From positions 585,445 to 649,444 of the forward strand of contig NIVC01000365.1 in assembly GCA_002269645.1 (NCBI GenBank): 64,000 nt of DNA, in the 5' to 3' direction. The notes under the pieces are model-generated. The model worked only from the letters and a program-made list of their open reading frames with translations, had not been told where the DNA came from and did no database searches. Source of the stretch: Macrostomum lignano (lineage: Eukaryota). Position numbers and translations under genes: made by a program. Positions 1 to 11,497 of the stretch are shown piece after piece. Each line of letters opens with the position of its first letter. The stretch's first letter is position 1.

Positions 1-1170
1 GTCAATGGACGGGTTCGGCCCGAGGTAGCGTAGCCGGTCTCTGGTAAAGAAAGAGCAGTGACAGACAAAGTGCTGAGCATCTTCATTGTCGTACTCACAA
101 AAAGGGCAAAGTTCACTCTCGAGGTCGCCTCGGAGGAGGCAGTGCTTAACGAGGTAGCCATGGCCGGTAAAGGTCATGACATGGGCTCGAATATCCTTCC
201 GATTTTGGTTCAGAAGGACGTTTCTGAGCCTGCGAGAGGGTCAAGGAACCGCGGCACGAGATTGCCGGTAGTTTTGGGTGCCCGCCCCTCTGTCCCTGTG
301 GAGAGAGTCAGTCCAGTCATCGATCTGACGATTGATGACTGTCAAGGGCATAGGGACCAAGTGGGCAGGGCCAAAGAAAGAGCCAGAGCGCCGCCCCTCT
401 TGGAGAAGGTGTCGGCCAGCTCGTTCCCCGGAAACCCTGCGTGCCCTGGGATCCACTTCAGCCTGACAGTATTGCTACTGGCCATGAGGTTGAGCTGCCG
501 GACGCAGTCGGCGACTGTCCGGGAGTTCGTTGTGGTGTGGCAAAGGGCCTGTAAGGCCGCTTGGCTATCGGAGTGGATGACGATAGTCTCTCCTCTCGTA
601 CCCTTGGCGTTCAGCTCTGCAGCGCAGGAGCTGATGGCAAGGACTTTGTTCAGAAAGACCGAGGAGAGTCTGCCAGTGTTCTGGGCAAGCGTGGCAATGA
701 CGCGGCCGTTGATGATGATGCAGACCCCAAAGCCGGCGCGGCCGTCTTTGATGGATCCGTCCGTGTAGCAATGGACCTCCTGGAAATTCCAGTGGTCAGT
801 GGCAGCATCCCTAGAGGGGATGGAGACCTTGTAGCGCTGAAAGAGGTTGAGAGTGCGGGGTTCACCGTCAGATAAGACGTGGAGTGGAGCCCGCCGCTGT
901 CTCTCAAGTCTTTGAGGCAGAGGTCGGCGTGAGGCAGGAGCTTGTGCTTAGTCATGGCCCTGTGGGGCCATGGCTAAGCACAAGCTCGAATACGAATGCC
1001 AGCGTCAATTAGACGGCGGGCAGTCTTTGCCGCTTCCCTGGGGACAAAGATGTCCAGCGGGGGAATGTTGAGGAAGGCGTTGAGACCATCGTGAGGAGCA
1101 GACGGGGGGCGCTCATGATCATGCGACATGTACGCCTGATGCGCTCTCCTGAGAGCCTCTAGGCAGGTCT
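1..1170 (-). mobile_element. Decayed non-LTR retrotransposon (I-group, R1/Loa-like): post-RT region, RNase H and C-terminal CCHC knuckle, with frameshifts; 3' end lies outside the window
   Basis: Manual minus-strand translation gives HCYTDGS..IHSDSQAAL..WIPGHAGFPGNELAD (RNase H), FTGHG..CPFCEYDNEDAQHFVCHC (knuckle) and LNAFLNIPPLDIF (post-RT); stops and frameshifts lie between the blocks. Confidence 0.85.
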
Positions 1171-1245
1171 TCATCTGCTGGGCGCGTGTCGTCGTATGTC
1201 GTCGTGGATCCACTTGACTTTTTCGAGTCCAGCTAGAACTCCCAG

Positions 1246-1581
1246 CTAGATGCCTTCACCCTCGAGCTGACGACAGGTTTCTAACATATATCGCAGGAAG
1301 ACGATGGTGTTCTTCTTGTCTAGGTGGTCCTGAATGTTCTTTGCCAGATCCTTGGCTGTGTCTCCCCGCGCAATGTTGTTGTCCTCAACTAATGTGGGGA
1401 TGTACTCGCCTGCAGAGTAGAGTAGAATCTCCTGGGCCTGGCTCTCGTCCTTGATTCCGGCTGCTACGACATAGCTCTCGAACCGCCGGGTCCAGGTCTT
1501 CCATCGTTGAGCGACTGCATGAGGCTCGCCTTCTGCCTCGAACGCACTGGGAGGCAGTAGTGCTATGGCTTGCGACGCCAT
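1246..1581 (-). mobile_element. Truncated Ty3/Gypsy-type gag N-terminus
   Basis: MASQAIALLPPSAF..RWKTWTRRFESYVVAAGIKD..ILLYSAG..IVFLRYMLETCRQLEGE resembles the gag N-terminus of invertebrate Gypsy elements; it ends next to LINE sequence. Confidence 0.7.
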
Positions 1582-1635
1582 ATAAGAGTTCAAGTATGAT
1601 TTGGCAGAAAAGGCTCAGAGCCCCTACACAGGCGA

Positions 1636-1815
1636 TGTGATTATATTTATTTAGAATATGGAATATTTGACTGTCGCCGATATTGAGCATTGAGCAATGT
1701 ACATTAAATATGAGCTAGAGTAGCGATCAGGCTATGTACGCTGAGTCATGCGCGGGGTGGAGAATGGGGGGGCGGTCGCCAACTAATTAAATAAAGTATA
1801 TGAAAGTGCATCACA
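1636..1815 (-). mobile_element. Putative 180-bp LTR upstream of gag
   Basis: Bounded by TGTGAT (1636) and ATCACA (1815), i.e. TG..CA inverted termini; AATAAA near its 3' end on the minus strand; no clear PBS. Confidence 0.5.
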
Positions 1816-2588
1816 CTGTCCACCTCTCACCCTGACACTCTCATATTGATTCTCTGACTCTCTGTCCACCTCTCACCCTGACACTCTCATATTGATTCTC
1901 TGACTCTCCTGTCCACCTCTCACCCTGACACTCTCATATTGATTCTCTGACTCTCCTGTCCACCTCTCACCCTGACACTCTCATATTGATTCTCTGACTC
2001 TCCTGTCCACCTCTCACCCTGACACTCTCATATTGATTCTCTGACTCTCCTGTCCACCTCTCACCCTGACACTCTCATATTGATTCTCTGACTCTCCTGT
2101 CCACCTCTCACCCTGACACTCTCATATTGATTCTCAGACTCTCCTGTCCACCTCTCACCCTGACACTCTCATATTGATTCTCTGACTCTCCTGTCCACCT
2201 CTCACCCTGAAACTCTCATATTGATTCTCTGACTCTCCTGTCCACCTCTCACCCTGACACTCTCATATTGATTCTCTGACTCTCCTGTCTACCTCTCACC
2301 CTGACACTCTCATATTGATTCTCTGACTCTCCTGTCTACCTCTCACCCTGACACTCTCATATTGATTCTCTGACTCTCCTGTCTACCTCTCACCCTGAAA
2401 CTCTCATATTGATTCTCTGACTCTCCTGTCCACCTCTCACCCTGACACTCTCATATTGATTCTCTGACTCTCCTGTCCACCTCTCACCCTGACACTCTCA
2501 TATTGATTCTCTGACTCTCCTGTCCACCTCTCACACTGACACTCTCATAATTCTCTGACTCTCCTGTCCACCTCTCATCCTGACACCC
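1816..2588. repeat. 47-bp minisatellite, about 16 copies
   Basis: Unit ctgtccacctctcaccctgacactctcatattgattctctgactctc. Confidence 0.95.
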
Positions 2589-2765
2589 TTAAGGTCACTC
2601 TGCACTGCTTCAACCGTCAATCCTACTACGAAGTCCCAAGGACTACTACATCTACTTAAGTTGTCCTTGCGAAGTCCTTGGAAATTTCTTTAAATAAAAG
2701 TAGCAAGCTGAGCTGACACTGCGCAGTAGTATGTTTAGCGCATGATTCAAACTGTCAAAGGCCAT

Positions 2766-2805
2766 CCAATCCCAGCCGAGCTGATCTGCTGCAGTCCCTA
2801 TAAAA
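2766..2805 (+). promoter_or_regulatory. CCAAT plus TATA core promoter of the peptide-precursor gene
   Basis: CCAAT at 2766-2770 and TATAAAA at 2799-2805, about 120 bp upstream of the ATG at 2924; AATAAA near 3372 downstream of the stop. Confidence 0.5.
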
Positions 2806-2923
2806 CCGGAACTGCAGCTGCAGTCGCTCGCGCATCGCCCGACAGCTCTGGAGGTCGCCAATCCGCGAACAGCCAGCAGCAGGGGATTTCAACAAGCTGA
2901 TCTTCGAGACCCTTCTGAACCGG

Positions 2924-3220
2924 ATGATGCTTCAGTCAGCGGACAGGATTCGGCTGGCGTCGCTGCTCCTGGCCGCGACGCTGGCGATGACGGCGGCGGC
3001 CACGGAGACTCCCAAAGAGGGCGGGCCGCCGCGTCGGCTGGTGTCGAAGCGGCCGCTCCGCCTGATCTCCTCGCAGCTGTCCTACCAGCCGCTGAGGCAG
3101 CAGCTGCTCCAACAGCTGAACAGGCAGCGCCTCTTCAACGGCTGGCTGATGAACGTCGTCGGCAATCGCAGGGGCGATCGCGGCGGCGGCAGCGTCCGGA
3201 GCGTCATGCGGTTCGGCTGA
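2924..3220 (+). CDS. Secreted RFamide-type neuropeptide precursor (98 aa)
   Basis: Hydrophobic signal peptide (LASLLLAATLAMTAAA), dibasic RR site, C-terminal SVRSVMRFG-stop (amidation glycine), GC-rich coding style. Confidence 0.7.
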   Translation: MMLQSADRIRLASLLLAATLAMTAAATETPKEGGPPRRLVSKRPLRLISSQLSYQPLRQQLLQQLNRQRLFNGWLMNVVGNRRGDRGGGSVRSVMRFG

Positions 3221-3601
3221 CCGGTTCGGCATGGAGCAACAGCTGTGACTCTTGGCTAGCCGCTGAGCACATCGTTGAGCACACTGACTGCTGGCCCAAC
3301 AACCTCCCCGAGCCCACTCATCGACCCTGCTCCCAAACCAATGCGATTTTGAACTCTCTTCAAAAAAATCAATAAATAAATGAGTCACCACCGATCTACC
3401 GCATCAAAAGTGCCCAAAACCTGCCGTCTGCTTAAGAGGACTGGGCTTTTCTGTTGCGACTCAAAACTGCTTCGAGTTTTAGTTCGCTTTTAGTGCAAAT
3501 CATTTTTAGTATATAGGACTAGCAATCAGGCCCCCGTTGGGGAGGCAAAAAAGAATCGAAAAAATTATTGACTAAACTATACATGTAGCTTCTGACCTCT
3601 T

Positions 3602-4012
3602 AGCCTGGACATCTCAGCAATTCCCTTAGCAAGCCTGGACATCTCAGCAATTCCCTTAGAAAGCCTGGACATCTCAGCAATTCCCTCAGCAAGCCTGGAC
3701 ATCTCAGCAATTCCCTCAGCAAGCGTGGACATCTCAGCAATTCCCTCAGCAAGCCTGGACATCTCAGCAATTCCCTCAGCAAGCCTGGACATCTCAGCAA
3801 TTCCCTCAGCAAGCGTGGACATCTCAGCAATTCCCTCAGCAAGCGTGGACATCTCAGCAATTCCCTCAGCAAGCCTGGACATCTCAGCAATTCCCTCAGC
3901 AAGCCTGGACATCTCAGCAATTCCCTCAGCAAGCGTGGACATCTCAGCAATTCCCTCAGCAAGCCTGGACATCTCAGCAATTCCCTCAGCAAGCCTGGAC
4001 ATCTCAGCAATT
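3602..4012. repeat. 30-bp minisatellite, about 14 copies
   Basis: Unit agc(c/g)tggacatctcagcaattccctcagca. Confidence 0.95.
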
Positions 4013-4335
4013 TCCCCCGTCAGCACTCTCAAAATTCGAATGAGAGCACAGGAGTAACCCGATATGCATAATCCAGAAGCCAGACATAATAAATGCGATT
4101 AACACCGATCAGACTGATGAAGAAAGGAAAATTGGGCCCTCCCTCACCCACCTGTGAGGGCGTGGTAAAGGGTGGGGTCTTCCTATCAGATTTCTATGCA
4201 ATTTCTGTGCAGTCTCACTTCTCTTACATGCATCAATACGAATATTTTTTATTACAAACTCCAATTAAAATTGGTTTGTTGGTTGAAAATGTATACAAAA
4301 TATAATAATTCCTTAACGCAATCAATCTTATAATC

Positions 4336-4815
4336 AGACTGAGATTGTAGCTCAGGTAGACTGAGATGGTAGCTCAGGTAGACTGAGATGGTAGCTCAGG
4401 TAGACTGAGATGGTAGCTCAGGTAGACTGAGATGGTAGCTCAGGTAGACTGAGATGGTAGCTCAGGTAGACTGAGATGGTAGCTCAGGTAGACTGAGATG
4501 GTAGCTCAGGTAGACTGAGATGGTAGCTCAGGTAGACTGAGATGGTAGCTCAGGTAGACTGAGATGGTAGCTCAGGTAGACTGAGATGGTAGCTCAGGTA
4601 GACTGAGATGGTAGCTCAGGTAGACTGAGATGGTAGCTCAGGTAGACTGAGATGGTAGCTCAGGTAGACTGAGATGGTAGCTCAGGTAGACTGAGATGGT
4701 AGCTCAGGTAGACTGAGATGGTAGCTCAGGTAGACTGAGATGGTAGCTCAGGTAGACTGAGATGGTAGCTCAGGTAGACTGAGATGGTAGCTCAGGTAGA
4801 CTGAGATGGTAGCTC
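4336..4815. repeat. 22-bp minisatellite, left half (about 22 copies)
   Basis: Unit gtagactgagatggtagctcag; the same unit resumes at 12505. Confidence 0.95.
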
Positions 4816-4817
4816 TT

Positions 4818-5191
4818 CTTGACTTACTTGACTTAGCTGCAGGGCTGTCCTGCAGAGGGGACACAGCGGGAAGGCGCGGACGCCCATTCCGCTAATCCCT
4901 GAACGGCCGACGCATCGCTATGGACGAAGGGTTGGCGCCGCTCAGGGAGGTCCCCCAGTGTCGCCAGCAGCTATGATGCTCTCTGGAAAGGAGAGTTCAG
5001 CCCTGCGGGTGGCCCGGAGGTAGCGCATGAGCTGATTAAAGTTTTCGGGTTTACACGCTTCGTAATAGATGTGTGTGGCCCGAGGTAAGTGAGTTTGGCT
5101 CTCAATGATGGCGGGACCGGGACAGATGCTGACAAAATCCTCAGCAGTTTCGTCACCCGAGTAGCAAAAACTGTATTTGGCGTTGTTGGTG
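4818..5191 (-). mobile_element. 3' end of a LINE: degenerate knuckle, structured 3' UTR and (TAAGTCAAG)n tail
   Basis: TYLGPHTSI resembles RYLGPNPSI at window positions 1-30; the minus strand ends ctgcagctaagtcaagtaagtcaag. Confidence 0.75.
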
Positions 5192-6328
5192 CCCTACTCT
5201 CTTATCATGGATAAATCATCTATGATCCATGATCCATTGATAAATCATGCATGTTCATGGTATTTTCATGCATGGATTTTTAAAACTTTCCATGGTAAAA
5301 TCATCCATGTCAGGGAGTTCATACGGGAAAATAAATAACTAAGCTTATAAAAAATTTCAGGCTATTTTATGTATATCTAATAAAGTTTTAAATATATTTA
5401 ATAAAAGCGAAATTGTAAATACAAAAAATAGTTTAATAAATTTGTTAAAATCTTCACCTACAAATTGCTTTGAATATATTACCAGCAATTTTGTTGGCCA
5501 TTTTGTTTCGGTTTAGTTAATTACGGACTTAACTTCCCATAAACATAAATTACTAGGCCTATTTTTCCTTTCTAAGAGGACTCTGTCACTCTTGCATGTT
5601 GTCATCATTTCATTATGTGTCACTATGTGCTATGTTTATGTTTATGTTTTTTCTTAGCTATATACTTCCAGTTCCACTTTTGGTAGCTAGTTTTAAAATT
5701 CGGTGGCTTGTAAGGTTTTTTGACATGCTAATTTTGATCTTCACTCCTTCAGTGAAAATTGTATTTGTAGATATATTAGAAAATAGAAACCCTATTATAT
5801 ATTATATTTGGGATGCAAAGATAACCTATAGGGGTTAGATGTATATTTTTGAATGATATTTTGCTGCATTTTTATAATGATAGGTTGGCCTAACCAAAGC
5901 CAAAGGCCTAGTCTAAAGTGGCATCCTAGACCTAGGCCATAGCCTAATGATAAAAATCACATGGTAGGCTGACAGTTTCAAAATAATAAAAAATAATAGT
6001 ATATTATGGTAATTGGTACTTAATTTCGAGACCTTTCATGTCCTTTGTATCTAATATACAGTCTATAATCAAAACTAGACTAGACTAGGCCCAATTAGGC
6101 CTAATATTGTCTACTTTGTATCAGAAAATCCACAATGGCACAACTTTATAATTATAGGCCTATATATAGGGCCTAGGCCTTATATTATAATTTTTATTTA
6201 AAATCATAGGGGCCTAGGGTCCCTACATTAAATTTTTTTTATATACAATTCTAATTGGTTTGTCATTGGCCTCTTGATTGATTCTTCAAACCTTATCTCC
6301 TTGTGAAACTTTTTCAGAACAAATTGTT

Positions 6329-8279
6329 ATGGATGATATTGGATTAAGTGCATCTAATTCTAGGCCTCTTCGAAAGCAGACAAAAAGTACTTCTAAATTT
6401 GGAAATGACAATTCAGCATTGTTTTTCTGCTTTATTCTTCACAATGTTGGCCATGATGAGCAATATGTGACCATTGCATTTGGGTCTCCCTATTGGCCAA
6501 GTACAATAACTAATGATGAAAAGTTGGAACTTGCACAAGTAAGATTTTAAGTTGGATTTATATGCATAATATTTTGTTATTGAGTACATGGTTTCTAAAA
6601 CAAATTATTCCAACTACAAATGTAATATTACTTTATTAAATTATATTTTAGGGGACTAAAGTCTTTTTACGCATGTATGGCAAACTATTTTCTGCTACAC
6701 TTGTGGCAAAAGGTAGTGAAAGGCAAATGGCTTCAACTATGAACCAACTTTCCAACTTGGTTAGTGAGGCTGAAAATACTGATTCATTGATTAGCCAAGC
6801 TATTGAGCTTTTTGCAATGAAAGATCCCCAAGCTGGCATTGCAAATGTAAGGACAATAAGGTCATCTAGTTCAAAGCAGGTTGCTTCAAGTTCTAGTTGT
6901 CATCAGCATGGACTACTTGACGAGCTTTATGAAGTGGATAGTGAAAGTGGCGAACCAAATTTGGCGATACCAGCTACTCAATCAATGGGTAAAACTGCAA
7001 TATATATGAACTATTAATTGTTTGCAATTTGTTTTTTTTGTTGTATTATTTGATTAATTATTATTTTTTAGAAAAAGCCATTTCTGCATTTGAGAGAGAG
7101 GCATCTTTGGTTGAAAATGAGCAAGCTCGTGCCACAGGCCTCTTGGAATCAAGTTTGTATATTCTATTACACCTAATTGAAAACCAAATACCAAATGAGT
7201 CAATATTTTTGTAGCAATAAGCCTTTTTTATCACTAGGTGCAATTCAAGAAGTGCAACCCCTCCGAGGGGTACAGATAGTAAACAGTGAATCGGATGCAA
7301 CAATGAAAGGTATAATTTTATTTTTTTAATATGATACAATCACATTATTAAAAATCAAAATCACCATATTTTTATATATGAGCATATATCTTACTCTAGA
7401 TCTAAAACTGTTCATTCAATCCGAGTTGCTTTCTCTTGAGAAGCGTCTTGCTGCAAGGATATGCCGACTTTTAAAAAAGGATGACAACTTTGGTGGAATG
7501 CTAACAATTAAAGAATACCAAAATGAGGTATGTCAGTTTTTTCTTAGCATCAGCAGCATCACGTCTGTAGTATAAAAGTTCTACTATATAATAACATTTT
7601 TTAGGAATTTAGGTGCATTGATGGTTCCCTAGCTGAGCTGTCTTCAATTCTTTGCAACGATCCTAAGGTGTTCCTCCGAAGGTATATCAAGCTGCGATTT
7701 GGCGAAGGCTACTTGCTTGAGCATATAATCGATTCATCCTGTGGTGCTCGCAGTTCCCGAAGGCCTGCTCCATCTGAGCATGTGACAGAGTTTCAACGTA
7801 AATATATATATATAATTTTTTCACAGTTTTGTGCAATTTTTTTATTATAAAGCAATTTAGGCTAATTAATGCTAAATGATCTGAATCCAATACTTGGGAT
7901 ATTTTCTAAAAAAACACATTTAGGTCTGAGATAAAAGAAATTGAGGAAAAATAGTTCTAAAGTTCAATACATCCCATTGACCTATTTAATGATTAGCATC
8001 ATAAATCAACTTCCTTTTAAATTTAGCCTATTTCTACTATAAACACAGTACACAATGTCTATTGTAAAAATATTTTACTATACTCGTGAATTTTCAGGTT
8101 TGCTTCAATTGTGCTATCGAACATCTGGCTACGACTTCCACGAAATCTGGAAGTCTGTACGAGACCATCTCAATCAGCTGGCCAGGGAGGAGACACGGGC
8201 GAGAAAGCGAACTTCAACTGCTGCTTCTGGACCCGAGTCAGGGGATTCCATTTCCCGCTCAAGGCGAATGGGACCGTGA
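6329..8279 (+). CDS. 7-exon transposon accessory protein, about 401 aa, with a BEN-like C-terminal domain
   Basis: GT-AG exons 6329-6538, 6652-6988, 7072-7156, 7238-7308, 7400-7527, 7605-7797 and 8098-8279 join in frame (1206 nt); the exon-3 donor is the least certain. Confidence 0.7.
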
Positions 8280-8328
8280 ATTGCGGAAAAAATTCTAGTA
8301 ACTTTTGAATATTTGAATTGCTATTTTT

Positions 8329-10629
8329 ATGTCTAGTAAATCAGAATCTGAGCACTCTCTTTCTACTAATTACTCAGCCTACTCTTGTCAGGCGATTTCT
8401 TCTCCCTCAAATAGTTTTTCTACAAGTAATAGGAGTTCAATTTCAAGCGAAGCCGGTGTAACGCACTCGCACAGCTGTCCTGACGCTGTGGAAACTTTTA
8501 TTGGTGAAAACAATGCTGTGCCTGTGCTTGAGGAGAGTTCAGATAGCTTAGCGAATTTGGCTTCCATCTCAGATCCCAGTGTGCAGGCGGCTCTGATTTT
8601 TCAGTGGGCAATTACTTCCGGAGTTTCAGAGGCTGCTCTTGATAGACTCCTGAAGCTACTTTCTATTTTTAGTAGAGATTCTCTAGCTCTTCCAAATAGC
8701 GTCAAGTTGCTCAAATCATTGATTCAAGATACTTGCCCTCTTGATGATAGTGACGTGTCTGAATTTGGCTTTTGCCCAGAATGCAAAAGCCAGTGTCAGG
8801 TTCATTCCCCAAAGTCAAAGGTTGCTGTGACACAGCTCAATATTGTTCCACAGCTGCGGACTATCTTAAGCAGCCACACTTCAACTATTCTGCAGTATGA
8901 GCAAGAATTGCAAAAGGATAAAAACACAGACGTTTTGAATTCCAAAATAGTTAAAGAACAAGGCTTAAGCCTATCTTCTGGCAAGTCGCTTCACTTGCAT
9001 CTTCTAATCTCAGCTGATGGCGCCAATTTTTTTGAATCTGTTCAGAGTAGCTTTTGGCCATTTCAGGCTCAACTTCTAAACCTTCCTGTTTACATCCGTC
9101 AACGCTTTGCAAATTTAATTCTAATTGCTCTTGTTTCATCGAAGGCAGTCCCGCATTTCCAGTCTTTTCTGTCTGAAATTATGAACAATTTGCCAAAACA
9201 GTTTATATTCTCGGAATACACCGTTCATGTCCATTACACACTCTTTGTTTGTGACTTGCCCGCTCTTGCTAAGCTCTTCTGCATTCACCAGTACAATGGT
9301 GCGTTTAGCTGTCCTAGGTGCTTGCACCCAGGTGAGAGCTTTAAAGTATCCGAGAAAGGTAAAAACTGGATCTTCCGCTATGGTGAAGGCTACTTGTTTC
9401 CTTTGAGAAACCCATCTTCCCATCTTGAACACTGTCGGCTCGCACAAATTCGAAATCGGCCTGTTTTTGGCGTAAAGATGCGCAGTTGCTTGTTAGACTA
9501 TGTTCCGTTTCCCAGCTGCAATCCTATTGACAGTTTACACTGCTTTTTCGAAGGCCACACCAAGTATCTACTAGAAGAGCTGTCATTACCTGCAAACAGG
9601 CGCGAGTTGTATTTTTGCTCAGCTAATTGCATGGATTTCATATCTAATTGTATTCGTCAATCTATAACTCCTTCTAGCATCACAATCAACACAAATTTTA
9701 AAGGCTTTTCAGATTGGAAAGCAAAGCATTTTAAAAACTTTGCGCTATACTTTCTTCTTCCTACGTTTTTGCAGAGAATTTCGCATTTTCCATTGAAACT
9801 GCTGTTAACTAATTTAGTTCTTATTTATCACATGTTGTATAGCCCCCAATCAAATAAGACTGATATCGAAAAGCTATGCAAAGCTTTTATCTCCAATGCT
9901 CAGCAAATATTCGGACCGAAAGTACTCCGCCTTAATTTCCACCTGCTTTTGCATATGGCTGAACAGTACGAATTGTACGGACCTGTATTTAATTATTCTA
10001 TGTTCGCATTTGAGAGCTCCATTGGCATGTTCAAAAAGTTCTTATGCGGAACTGTGTCATTTGGCCCACAGCTTGTTCGCAAGTTTTTGTTTCAAAAGTT
10101 GCTACATCACTACTTTTCTTGTGTTAAGGACTCTATTGTAGTGGATGCAGTTAACTCTATATCTTTAGAGCCATCCAGGCCACATGGTATTCTTCGAAAC
10201 TCACTTGCTTATTTTAATGGACATTTTTTCTCGACAAGCTCAGCTTGTGCGTCGAAAAATTCTAACCATCTTTGCCAATTGAAGTCCGGCGAAATCTGCA
10301 CTATTGCAGAGTTCCTCGAGCCTAATACTATTCGAGTGCAAATTTTGGATCCCATTGGTTCGCTGTTTGATTTTGTTTTACGAGTACCAGCAGCAACTTT
10401 CCCCATCGATTTACTTAATTGGAAAGCATTGCTGGAATCCATGTTCAAAAAGTCTTCGACATTCAATTTTGTATTGATATCCCTGTCTAATGCGCCCAGA
10501 TCGGCCAGACGCGAACGTATAGTTAATTTTTCAGAGGTCGATCGACCCTGCATCGCTGTTCCAGTAGAATCGTTCAGCAAAGACTGTTATTGCGCTGTGC
10601 CATTGTTCAAAGAGTTTGAACATGATTAA
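8329..10629 (+). CDS. EnSpm/CACTA-type DDE transposase (766 aa, uninterrupted)
   Basis: Motifs ISADG..SFWP..LLNLP, CDLPA, NGAFSCPRC, IDSLH, WKA, NFHLLLH and YSMFAFES, typical of CACTA TnpD/Transposase_21 proteins. Confidence 0.9.
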   Translation: MSSKSESEHSLSTNYSAYSCQAISSPSNSFSTSNRSSISSEAGVTHSHSCPDAVETFIGENNAVPVLEESSDSLANLASISDPSVQAALIFQWAITSGVSEAALDRLLKLLSIFSRDSLALPNSVKLLKSLIQDTCPLDDSDVSEFGFCPECKSQCQVHSPKSKVAVTQLNIVPQLRTILSSHTSTILQYEQELQKDKNTDVLNSKIVKEQGLSLSSGKSLHLHLLISADGANFFESVQSSFWPFQAQLLNLPVYIRQRFANLILIALVSSKAVPHFQSFLSEIMNNLPKQFIFSEYTVHVHYTLFVCDLPALAKLFCIHQYNGAFSCPRCLHPGESFKVSEKGKNWIFRYGEGYLFPLRNPSSHLEHCRLAQIRNRPVFGVKMRSCLLDYVPFPSCNPIDSLHCFFEGHTKYLLEELSLPANRRELYFCSANCMDFISNCIRQSITPSSITINTNFKGFSDWKAKHFKNFALYFLLPTFLQRISHFPLKLLLTNLVLIYHMLYSPQSNKTDIEKLCKAFISNAQQIFGPKVLRLNFHLLLHMAEQYELYGPVFNYSMFAFESSIGMFKKFLCGTVSFGPQLVRKFLFQKLLHHYFSCVKDSIVVDAVNSISLEPSRPHGILRNSLAYFNGHFFSTSSACASKNSNHLCQLKSGEICTIAEFLEPNTIRVQILDPIGSLFDFVLRVPAATFPIDLLNWKALLESMFKKSSTFNFVLISLSNAPRSARRERIVNFSEVDRPCIAVPVESFSKDCYCAVPLFKEFEHD

Positions 10630-10957
10630 AAAGGTACGAGTATGTGTCCGTACCTTAGATCCGATTATTTTATTATTAATGCTGCAAAGTCTGGCAGAAA
10701 ATAAAATTATGCTCCATGACCAAGATAAAACCATCAGGGAATCAGAATAACTTTCCAGATGCCCAACTTCCTCCCTCTCAGACTCCCACCGTTACCTCTC
10801 TTTGTCCGATCTCTCCATATTCAAAATCTCCAAGTTTCTGTGCGCAAATAATTGACTAATGCAGCATTAACTTCGTTTCGTAAAGGATTAGTCGGCCCTT
10901 GCCCTTAATGCGTACCGAATTCGGCTAATTCTATTTATTGACTGTTCAGTAAAATTT

Positions 10958-11497
10958 ACTGTTTTATTTTTTCTTACAGTACCTTGAAATGCGTCAAATT
11001 CTGTCTATTCTGTATCTTAAAGCTCTCTGAGCTGTTTTATTTTTTCTTACAGTACCTTGAAATGCGTCAAATTCTGTCTATTCTGTATCTTAAAGCTCTC
11101 TGAGCTGTTTTATTTTTCTTACAGTACCTTGAAATGCGTCAAATTCTGTCTATTCTGTATTTTAAAGCTCTCTGAGCTGTTTTATTTTTTCTTACAGTAC
11201 CTTGAAATGCGTCAAATTCTGTCTATTCTGTATTTTAAAGCTCTCTGAGCTGTTTTATTTTTTCTTACAGTACCTTGAAATGCGTCAAATTCTGTCTATT
11301 CTGTATTTTAAAGCTCTCTGAGCTGTTTTATTTTTTCTTACAGTACCTTGAAATGCGTCAAATTCTGTCTATTCTGTATTTTAAAGCTCTCTGAGCTGTC
11401 TTATTTTTTCTTACAGTACCTTGAAATGCGTCAAATTCTGTCCATTCTGTATTTTAAAGCTCTCTGAGACTGAGCTGTCTTATTTTTTCTTACAGTA
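10958..11497. repeat. 72-73-bp tandem repeat, about 7 copies, in the 3' subterminal region of the transposon
   Basis: Unit ctgttttatttttcttacagtaccttgaaatgcgtcaaattctgtctattctgtat(c/t)ttaaagctctctgag. Confidence 0.95.

Noticed and set aside
58-875. Plus-strand ORFs of 236 and 104 aa
   Set aside because: Antisense shadows of the minus-strand LINE RNase H region
3577-4057. Repetitive ORFs (AEGIAEMSRL etc.)
   Set aside because: Translations of a 30-bp minisatellite open in several frames
4105-4140. ctgatgaagaaaggaaa resembling a hammerhead core
   Set aside because: No stem II, stem III or cleavage-site pairing can be formed
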